In this document: positions 9,552 through 18,168 of the stretch, piece after piece | Layout of the letters: each line of letters starts with the position of its first letter | Numbering within the stretch: position 1 is the first letter of the stretch | From: Octopus sinensis | Lineage: Eukaryota | Direction of reading: 5' to 3' | Assembly (NCBI RefSeq): GCF_006345805.1 | Contig: NW_021824440.1 | Location: 1-18,629, forward strand | Length of the DNA stretch: 18,629 bases | Notes under the pieces: generated by a model | The model's database searches: none | Told to the model about the DNA's origin: nothing | What the model saw: the letters and a program-made list of their open reading frames with translations, nothing else | Translations under genes and position numbers: made by a program

Positions 9552-10426
9552 GGAAAGGTAAGTCGATTACCTTGACCCCAGTGCTCCATTGGTATTTATT
9601 TTGTCGACCCCGAAAGGATGGAAAGTAAAGTCGACCACGGTGAAATTTGAACTGAGAACGTAAAGACGGCTGAAAAGCCGCTAAGCATTTTGACCAACAT
9701 GCTAACGATTCTGCCAGCTCACCGCCTTCCTTCACAGTTTCATATTGGTTTCAAATTTTGACACAAGGCCAACAATTTCGGGTGAGGGGGTAAGTCGATT
9801 ACATCGACCCCAGTGTTTCACTGATACTTATTTTATCGACCCCGAAAGGATGAAAGGCAAAGTCGACCTCAGCGGAATTTGAACTCAGAATGTAGTGGCA
9901 AACGAAATACCTATTTCTTTACTACCCACAGGGGGCTAAACACAGAGAGGACAAACAAGGACAGACCAAACGGATTAAGTCGATCATATCGATCCCAGTA
10001 CGTAACTGGTACTTAATTTATCGACCCCGAAAGGATGAAAGGCACAGTTGACTTCGGCGGAATTTGAACTCAGAATGTAACGGCAAACGAAATACCGCTA
10101 ATCATTTCGCCCGGCGTGCTAACGATTCTGCCAGCTGGCTGCCTGAAGAAGAAGAAGAAGAAGAATAAGAAGAAGAAGAAGAAGAAGAAGAATAGAAGAA
10201 AAGAAGAAGAAGAAGAAGAAGAACAACACACAACAACCACAACACCACCACAACTACTACTACTACTACTACTACTACCTGGGAGACACATCGACCACCT
10301 ACATTGCCCCCGAAAGATGAAACGTCAACCTCGGCGAAATTTGAACTCAGAACGTAAAGATGGACGAAATGTCGTTTAGCATTTTGCCAGGCGTGCTAAC
10401 GATTCTGCCAGCTCACTTTCTTTCTC
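9552..10426 (-). mobile_element. Head-to-tail array of four type C SINE monomers
   Basis: Monomers ~9552-9728, ~9760-9910 (headless), 9911-10144 (C2 tail) and ~10288-10426, all on the minus strand. Each carries the reverse type C core (e.g. ATCGACCCCGAAAGGATG...AATTTGAACTCAGAA), degenerate in the last copy. Confidence 0.88.
10145..10278. repeat. (GAA)n-(CAA/CAC)n-(CTA)n compound triplet repeat
   Basis: Direct; explains ORFs 10070..10291 and 10116..10379. Confidence 0.96.
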
Positions 10427-10459
10427 CACAGTTCCATATTAATTAATTCAAATGCTTAC

Positions 10460-10543
10460 TTTGGACCATCAACTGCTGATGGAGCTTAAGGGCGTTGTTG
10501 TTATATATGACGCGTCTAGGACATTTGTTTCCCATGGTGTCCG
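10460..10543 (-). CDS. Candidate exon encoding MGNKCPRRVIYNNNALKLHQQLMVQ (speculative)
   Basis: Minus strand: tctccactctctgtacgtgtcatag|CGGACACC-ATG-G (ATG at 10535, A at -3, G at +4)...CAA A|gtaagc. 84 nt with an open frame; the phase-1 end is compatible with candidate exon 587-536. No homology recognised. Confidence 0.27.
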
Positions 10544-10869
10544 CTATGACACGTACAGAGAGTGGAGATATGTACGATCTGGGGTGATCTATAACATAAA
10601 TACTTATGGTTCTCATTTAATCCCAGTTTCGGAAGCCGTGTAAGGAATCATGGCTGTCCTTACTCCAGATTTAGGGGATCTGGGATAGCGCAAGGGTGAA
10701 GTGAGTAAAAAACTGAGTATATGAGGTGTTGAATATGGATTGAGAAAGAAGAGAATGTGAAAGATAATAAGAGAAAAATAAAGGGTAGGTGTGTAATGTA
10801 GGGAGAAATATAGGGAGTTAGTAGCAGCCGAGGGATGAAAAAGAAAGTTAATGAGGAAAGAGGCAATGG

Positions 10870-11003
10870 TGACCATGAGTGAGAGAGAGAGGAGAGAGAG
10901 AGAGAGAGAGAGAGTGGTGGGGAAGAGAGATTGAAAAAGGAAATCGCTTAGAAAAGTTAAAGACGAGTTAAAAAATAGAGAGAGGGAGAGAAAGTGGTAA
11001 GGA

Positions 11004-11069
<66 letters not shown>

Positions 11070-11190
11070 AAAACAGAAAGAGAGAAAGGAAGGAAGGAAG
11101 GAAGGAAGGAAAGAAGGACGGAAGGAAGGAAGGAAAGAAGGAACGAACGAACGAACGAAAAAGAAAGAGAGAGGAATGGAATGGGATCAA
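10870..11190. repeat. Polypurine (GA)n/(GAAA)n/(GGAA)n/(CGAA)n tract
   Basis: Direct; source of the F/L/S-rich antisense ORFs. Confidence 0.93.
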
Positions 11191-11202
11191 ATAAAATGAG
11201 TC

Positions 11203-11411
11203 GGGATGGTTGTTTGGTTAAGAATTTGGTTTTGTAACCTCGAGGTTTCGGATTAAGTCCCATTGCGCTGCATCTTGAGTAAATGTCTTCTACTATGGCC
11301 TCGCGCCAACGAATGGTTTTACTTGTGAATATGATAGACGGAAACTTTGTGGAAGCCCGTCGTACATATGTGTATGCGTGTTTCTGTATCTGTGTTTGTC
11401 GCCCTCCATCA
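11203..11411 (+). mobile_element. Diverged type A SINE (5' part)
   Basis: gggatggttgtttggttaag...aagtcccattgcg...aaatgtcttctactatggcctcgcgcc...gatagacggaaact...gaagcccgtcgta. Confidence 0.8.
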
Positions 11412-11634
11412 ATTAGTAATAAGCAGAGAGAGAGAGAGGGGGGAGAGAGAAGTAATACGGAGAAAAAGAAGATGGAAAGAAAGAAAGAAAGAAAGGAAGA
11501 CGTAGAGAAATGGAATGCAAAAGAAAATATTGTGATTAGATGAAAGAAAGAAGGAAAATTAGAAAACGAAGATGCAGAGCAGAGGAAGGTGCGTGTGACA
11601 GGGATGTGTGTGTGTCGCATAGAGATCGTATTAT

Positions 11635-11790
11635 GATGGCAGCGGCGGCGGTCGAGGCGGCGGCGGCGGCGGTCGAGGCGGCGGCGGCGGTGGTACTAGT
11701 ATTGGTGTTGTTGTTTATGGGAATGTTGGGAATGATGGTGGTGGTGGTGGTAGGGGCTTCTTGTTGCTCTTGTTGGTGGTGATGGTGGAG
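11635..11790. repeat. (GCG)n/(GGT)n/(GTT)n triplet repeat with duplicated GCGGCGGCGGTCGAG unit
   Basis: Direct. Confidence 0.88.
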
Positions 11791-11944
11791 GAATCTACTT
11801 TATAAGCAAGTTAATAAACATGTTATAGAATAAGATATACAGTGATAATGTCCGAAGTCTCTATAATAGAGTAATGGAAGTAGGTGGAGAGGAGTGGAAG
11901 GCTGGTGGGGGAGGGGGAACTACTGATGCAATAAAGCGAAGAAA

Positions 11945-12051
11945 ATTGGATAGACAGATAGATAGAGAGAGAGAGAGATGTAGGTATGTAGGTAGGTAGG
12001 TAGATAGGTAGATAGGTAGGTAGATAGGTAGGTAGGTAGGTAGATGATAGG

Positions 12052-12083
<32 letters not shown>

Positions 12084-12096
12084 TAGATAGACAGAC

Positions 12097-12146
<50 letters not shown>

Positions 12147-12160
12147 GTTAGTCGGTAGGT
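11945..12160. repeat. (GATA)n/(GGTA)n/(GACA)n compound microsatellite
   Basis: Direct. Confidence 0.95.
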
Positions 12161-12169
12161 AAATAAATA

Positions 12170-12221
12170 CACTCATATATATATATATACATACCTATAT
12201 CTATATACATATGTATGTATG

Positions 12222-12254
<33 letters not shown>

Positions 12255-12261
12255 ACATACA

Positions 12262-12293
<32 letters not shown>

Positions 12294-12375
12294 GTGTGTG
12301 TGTGTGTTGTATATATGTATATAATATATATATGTATGTATTATGTATATATATATATGTATGTATGTAATTATA

Positions 12376-12418
<43 letters not shown>

Positions 12419-12557
12419 GTAATCGGCAAGGGACAGAGAGACAGGGAGATTGTTTTAATGCGAAGTGAGACTTCTCTTTAACGTAAACTCATCGAAACAG
12501 GAAAGGAGACAGCAAAGATAACGTGTTACACATGCATACACATATGGACACCACACC

Positions 12558-12600
<43 letters not shown>

Positions 12601-12778
12601 TACATATATATATATACATATATATTATATGTGTTTTGTAATATATATTGATATATATACATATATATATGTATTTATGTATATATATGTATATATATGT
12701 GTGTATATGTATATATATATATGTATGTATATATAGATGTTTGTATATGTTATATATGTATGTATATATATATATATT

Positions 12779-12840
<62 letters not shown>
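12170..12840. repeat. (TA)n/(TG)n/(TATG)n microsatellites, interrupted by unique sequence ~12418-12555
   Basis: Direct. Confidence 0.94.
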
Positions 12841-12841
<1 letters not shown>

Positions 12842-13079
12842 ACATACAAGAGGGACCGGTTTGCAAACAACGTGAGAAGACACAGAGGGAAGAGAAAGAG
12901 AGAGAGAGATGGAGAGAAGGAATGAAGAGAGAAAGAGAGAGACAGAGAGAGGAGAGAGGTGGAGAAACAGAGAGTTAATAGTGAGTGAATGAATAAGCGA
13001 AATAGTCTCGTTTTGCTAATGCGTTTGGTATAGTTATACTCTAGAGAGTAGTGGCTGTCCATAGAATTGTTCCTGGGGT

Positions 13080-13216
13080 AATTCAATTGATTACATTGGA
13101 ATTTGGCGTTCTCTCAATTGGTCAGGAGGTTGGCAGTAAATACGACTGATGCCAATTGAAACACTAATTAGCGCAAATTCAATCACCAACACTGGCGGCC
13201 GGCTTCAATTGACGTC
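13080..13216. promoter_or_regulatory. Candidate cis-regulatory island: homotypic CAATTG cluster
   Basis: CAATTG at 13084, 13115, 13153 and 13206; CTAATTAG at 13164-13171; TGACGTC at 13210-13216. Function is inferred only. Confidence 0.3.
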
Positions 13217-13259
13217 CGATCGGCTTGCAAAAATGTTGATCCCTGTATCGCCTTTGCTT

Positions 13260-13382
13260 ATGCGTGTGTATATTTACTATGTGCCGTGTGTGTATGTGCT
13301 GTGTTTATGTGTAATGTGTGTGTGTGCGAGCATTTGTATGCGTTGCGTGTGTGTGTGTAATTTATACATATCATCTGTCTGT

Positions 13383-13444
<62 letters not shown>

Positions 13445-13546
13445 ACCTTGTTTCACATTTATGTGTTTACTCCGGTATATATATATTATCTATATATATA
13501 TATATATATATGTGTATGTGCGTATATGTATATATCACACACACAC

Positions 13547-13584
<38 letters not shown>

Positions 13585-13749
13585 ATATATATACATATGT
13601 ATATATGGAGAGAGTGTGTATATGTATGCATATACATGTATATATTTATACATGCATATATATATATACATGCATACAAGATTTATATACACACACGTGC
13701 ACATATGTACACATACACATTCTCATACATATATATATATATATGTATG

Positions 13750-13785
<36 letters not shown>

Positions 13786-14040
13786 CATATACTCACACAA
13801 ATAGATAAATATACATACATTTTCATGTTTATGTGTATATGCAAATGTATATACAAAGGTATATTTTTGTACGCACACAATTATATGTGTCTGTGTGCAT
13901 ATGTGTATGTGCCTCTGTGTGTTTGGGCATTTACGCGCGCATATGTACAAACGTGGATACATATATATATGTGGACACATATATGCAGGCGTACACACAC
14001 GCACACACATACACACACATGCCCACACATATTAATATAT
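13260..14040. repeat. (TG)n/(TA)n/(CA)n degenerate microsatellite block
   Basis: Direct; source of the Y/I/C/V-rich ORFs. Confidence 0.94.
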
Positions 14041-14331
14041 GGCTACGGCATCATATGACCTGTTCAGAGAAGAAGCCTGACAACAGACTTTCCTCATACG
14101 GCCGTTGTCATTAGCATATTTTCCAGAGTTTCACATGTCGAAAAATGTCTGCTGTTAAACTCATATCAAATATCACGTGATTCTCTATGTGTCTCTTCCA
14201 TATACTTAAACACAGTAGCCTCTATCTATTTCCTGCACCTGTTGACAAGCAGAAGTTTTCAGTATCGGCAATATGGCTGAAGGAAAATAACCTCAGGCAT
14301 GTTTTCTGCAACACAATAGCGTTTTTTAAAT

Positions 14332-14795
14332 GAGGCTTGAAATTTTAGGAGAGAATGTTAGCAATTAGATCAACCACACTATTCAACTGGTATTTATTTT
14401 AACGACCTGAAAAGAATGTAAGGCATCGGCGACCTCGGCTGAATTTGAATTCAGAACACAAGATCGAATGAAATACCAGCTCGCCACCTTGATAACAACA
14501 ACAACAATAATAATCCGTTCTACTATAGGAATAAGGCCTGAAATTTTGGGGGAGGGGACTAGTCAATTAATCGACCCCAGTGTTTCAATGGTACCTCATT
14601 TATCGACCCAGAAAGAATAAAAGGCAAAGTCGACCTCTGCGGAATTTGAACCCAGAACGTAGTGGCAGACGAAATATCGCTAAACATTTCCCCCTGCGTG
14701 CTAACGATTCTGCCAGCTCGCCGCTCTAACAATAATAATAATCCTTTCTACTGGAAGCACAAGGCCTCAAATTTTCTGGGAGGGGAATAGTCGAT
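14332..14795 (-). mobile_element. Head-to-tail array of three type C SINEs (C1 tail with (ATT)n)
   Basis: Copies ~14332-14490 (internal deletion at gaaatacc|agctcgcc), ~14492-14725 (near full) and ~14728-14795 (5'-truncated). (AAT)n tails abut the next head. Confidence 0.88.
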
Positions 14796-15004
14796 GCTTG
14801 TTTTTTTTGTTTTTTGTTTTTTTTTTTTGAAAAGAGAGACCCTTCAAAATCGACAGAATGTCTGTGAGAAAATTTATTTAAATAAAGAAGCATTGGATAG
14901 GAAAAAAAAAAGGCACTTGAAGCAAAAGTGAAAACGAAAAACAAAGCATGTGCTCCGCTGATTGTCAGATTAATGTTGCAGGAAATTTCCAATACTTCAT
15001 GTCT

Positions 15005-15049
15005 TTTTGTTGTTGCTTTTGTTGTTGTTGTTGCTGCTGCTGTTGCTAT

Positions 15050-15081
<32 letters not shown>

Positions 15082-15090
15082 TTACTGTTG
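15005..15090. repeat. (TTG)n-(CTG)n-(GAT)n triplet repeat
   Basis: Direct. Confidence 0.92.
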
Positions 15091-15156
15091 ATGATCTAGC
15101 ATGTAGTTTACTAGTCAACGATCAATGTTGCTTCTAAAGCAGGATGATTTAATGTC

Positions 15157-15386
15157 TTTTTTTTTTTTTTTTTTTTTTTTTTTTGTACTTGTTTCAGTCA
15201 TTTGACTGCGGCCATGCTGGAGCACCGCCTTTAGAGTACAGCAGGGATCACCACCTCCTGCCGGAGCCTCGTGGAGCTTTTAGGTGTTTTTTTTTCGCTC
15301 AATAAACACACGCAACGCCCGGTCTGGGAATCGAAACCGCGATCCTCCGACCGCAAGTCCGCTGCCCTAACCACTAGGCCATTGCC
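15157..15386 (-). mobile_element. Chimeric SINE: type B head/body joined to the type A 3' terminus plus 28-nt poly(A)
   Basis: Minus strand: 15386-15233 is type B up to CTGCTGTACTCT; 15234-15185 is AAAGGCGGTGCTCCAGCATGGCCGCAGTCAAATGACTGAAACAAGTAC (type A end); T28 at 15157-15184. Confidence 0.88.
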
Positions 15387-15591
15387 TGTATAAAAATCTT
15401 TGCTGAAGTCCACAGTTGTTAAGAGGATACATATGAGTTGCTTTTCTGTTTGTTTGTGTTTGTTTGTTTGTTTGTTTTTTTACTTGCTAAATTTTCATTC
15501 TTTTTCTTGTTACTGTTGTTGAGGCCGTTGTATGATTGCTGGTTAAGTGTTGCGGAAACACTATATAAATTCAAGCCACTACATTTTAACT

Positions 15592-15908
15592 TAGCTTACC
15601 TCATACTCCGTCAGTTACGACAACAGGGGTTCCAGTTGATCCGATCAACGGAAGAACCTGCTCGTGAAATTGACGTGCAAGTGGCTGAGTACCCCACAGA
15701 CACGTGTACTTTTAACGTATTTCCCAGGAAAATTTAGCGTGACACAGATTGTGACAATGAAATACGGATACTACTCATTTTTGCCAGCTGAGTGGACTAG
15801 AGCAATGTGAAATAAAGTGTCTTGCCGAGAATCGTGCCGCAGAGAATCGAACTCGGGACCTGATGATCGTGAGCCGAATACCCTAACCACTAAGCCACAC
15901 AACTTCAC
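15592..15908 (-). mobile_element. SINE type E (tRNA head plus CORE-like body shared with type D, different 3' tail), TSD-flanked
   Basis: ACATTTTAACT direct repeat (15581-15591, 15907-15917). 15773-15826 matches 8043-8100; tail 15604-15760 is unique in this window. Confidence 0.85.
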
Positions 15909-16057
15909 ATTTTAACTATTGCACAAATCACGATCAAGGATGGGACTTTGCATGATTATAAGGATATGCACAGGACTCCGGTTGTTACTCCGTTTCGGGT
16001 TGTATGAAGGGTTTTAAAATTATATAACATCAATCTGGGAGAGTCTTTGCATCATCG

Positions 16058-16270
16058 GGTGGAATGCCGGGCAGTAAATGTTCCGCCTCTCCCGTTCTCT
16101 TAGTTCAAATTCCACAGAGGGAATTTGAAGTCAACTTTTCCTGTTATCTATTTTGGTTCGATAAATAAAGTGTCAGCCGGAAATGATGGATTGGTAAAAT
16201 GTTAGAGCGAAAGATGGGGTGTCTTGCTGTGTCTGTTCTGAAATTGTACGTTCAGTTCAAATTCCTTCCT
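16058..16270 (+). mobile_element. Two adjacent highly degenerate type C SINE fragments
   Basis: ttagttcaaattccacagagg...ttcgataaataaagt and gtacgttcagttcaaattcc. Confidence 0.5.
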
Positions 16271-16408
16271 TTCCCTGTCATAAAAAAAGACAGACGTTCC
16301 AGACCCGAGGGAAATGGTTATAAGCTTTGGAAAGTTCTAAACAAGTGCCTAAATATGTCAGCTGATCCATCTCTATATCAACATTTATGTATATATGTAT
16401 GTATGTGT

Positions 16409-16538
16409 GTGGCTATGTGGTAAGAAGCCTGCTTCCCAACCATATGGTTCCGGAATTTGAAATCAGAAAGTAAAGACGAACGAAATACAGCTAAGCGTTT
16501 TCCCCATCGTGCTAACGACTCGGTCAGCTCACCGCCTT
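16409..16538. mobile_element. Type A head (+) fused to type C head (-)
   Basis: gtggctatgtggtaagaagcctgcttcccaaccatatggttc-CGG-aatttgaaatcagaa...gtcagctcaccgcctt; junction at CGG 16451-16453. Confidence 0.8.
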
Positions 16539-16579
16539 AAGTGAATCTGAAATTAAGAAGTATTGCTTATAACGTTATG

Positions 16580-16650
16580 GCATCGTCGAGGTGTCGAACC
16601 TGCATCGACTGCTCAAGAAGCCACTACGCTAACCATTACACTACTAGCGT
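16580..16650 (-). pseudogene. tRNA-Gly(TCC)-like pseudogene, solo
   Basis: 71 nt colinear without gaps with the metazoan tRNA-Gly-TCC sequence as I recall it (GTAGTGTAATGGTTAGCGTAGT...AGCAGTCGA...GGTTCGAC), roughly two-thirds identical by hand. The acceptor stem no longer pairs. Confidence 0.7.
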
Positions 16651-16724
16651 CTATGAGATATGTTTCATTGAAGAAAATATTTCTAGAAATGCTGTTGGTT
16701 ATTATAGTTAGTAAGCACCGAAAC

Positions 16725-16795
16725 TAAGGCTGTGAGTTGGCACAATCTTAAAATGCCTTGCGGTATTCGTTCCGCCTCAATGTGCACTGAGTTCG
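16725..16795 (+). mobile_element. Degenerate type C SINE head
   Basis: taaggctgtgagttggcacaatc...aaatgccttgcggtattcgt...ctgagttc. Confidence 0.55.
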
Positions 16796-17300
16796 TGGTG
16801 GTGGTGGTGATGGTGGTGGTGGTGGTGGTGGTCGTCGCGTCGTCGTCGTCGTAGTAGTAGTAGTAGTAGTAGTAGTAGTTGTAGTGATGGCGGTAGATGC
16901 TGTACTTTATGAAGCTGGTAATGAGTGTGATAGTGTTAATAGGTTATAGTTGTGGTGGTGGTGGTGGTGTTTGGTGGTGGTGGTGGTGGTGGTAGCGTTG
17001 ATGTCGCTGGTGGTGGTAACAATGGTAGTGTTTGGTGGTGGAGGTGATGATGGTGTTTGATTGTTGCTGTTGATTGTGGTACTCGTGGTGGTTGTGGTGG
17101 TGGTGGTGGTGGTAATGCTGGTGGTAGTGGTAGCGTTGCTGTCACTAGTGGTGGTAGTGTTTGGTGGTGTTTGATTGTTGTTGTTGATTGCGGTGGTGGT
17201 GGTGGTGGTGATGGTGGTGGTGGTGGTGGTGGTGGTGGTGGTGGTGGTGGTGGTGGCGGTGGTGTTTATGGCGGCGGCGGCGGCGGCAGTGTGCTAATGA
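16796..17300. repeat. (GGT)n/(GTC)n/(GTA)n/(GGC)n compound triplet repeat with internal higher-order duplication
   Basis: Direct; explains the Gly-, His- and Pro-rich ORFs. Confidence 0.93.
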
Positions 17301-17367
17301 TGGTGATGGTCGATAGCTACACGATAGAACATTCACGGCTCTATAAATTTACGATAAATTTACAAAG

Positions 17368-17634
17368 ACAGACAGACAGACAGGCAAGCAGACAGACAGG
17401 CAGACAGGCAGACAGACAGGCAGACAGGCAGACAGCAGACAGGCAACAGACGATAGATAGGTAGTTTAGATAGACAGCAGACGACAGACAGACAGACCGA
17501 CAGATAGACAACAGATAGATAATGATATGATAGATATATATATAGATATGATAGATAGATAGATGATAGATAGATTAGATAGACAGATAGATAATAGATA
17601 GATAATAGAATAGATAGGTAAATAGGTAATAGAT

Positions 17635-17697
<63 letters not shown>

Positions 17698-17700
17698 GCA
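17368..17700. repeat. (GACA/GGCA)n-(GATA)n microsatellite
   Basis: Direct. Confidence 0.95.
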
Positions 17701-18168
17701 TGAATGTAGATAGGAAGAGGTAGATAGAAAGATTGATATTAAGAGAGATACAGGCATACAAAGAGGGAGAACGAGAGACAGGTAAGAGAGATAGCGTCGG
17801 AAATTGCAATGAGCACCAACATTCCGTTTTGCGCCATATCTGTTTATTACAGTAATATGTTCGAGTACCAGATATCAGTGACCTGATCATATTTCCATTG
17901 AAGGCTCTGTGACTGTATTCAAATTTACAAGATACATTTTCATAAAATAGTGCTTTCCAATGGCTTCTTATAGCCAGGTTCGTTGTGAAGATATAATATT
18001 AAGACCGTTATAGCATTCGGTTTCTGAGCATTGAAATACCGTCCATTAGAATTTTGTCATTTTATCTTGAGAATGATTCTGATGCTTAAGAGCTGGTGCA
18101 ATTATTTTTCCGGGAACGAAGATAGGTGTAAGCCATTCAAGATTGGAATAATTGCAGTTTTTGTAAAC

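Noticed and set aside
10669-10700. + strand micro-exon with a perfect GTGAGT donor
   Set aside because: With the best acceptor (10668) all frames contain stops; no other support.
10613-11620. Longest ORF (335 aa, minus strand)
   Set aside because: Antisense reading of the polypurine microsatellite block plus a SINE; low complexity.
532-14114. Numerous ORFs rich in Y/I/V/C/M/H/T or L/S/F (e.g. 532..780, 5167..5514, 11823..12176, 12455..12883, 13448..13804)
   Set aside because: Translations of (TA)n, (CATA)n and (GATA)n microsatellites; no protein signal.
17057-17464. Glycine-rich protein ORF (and His/Pro-rich antisense ORFs)
   Set aside because: Product of the (GGT)n triplet array running into (GACA)n; not gene-like.
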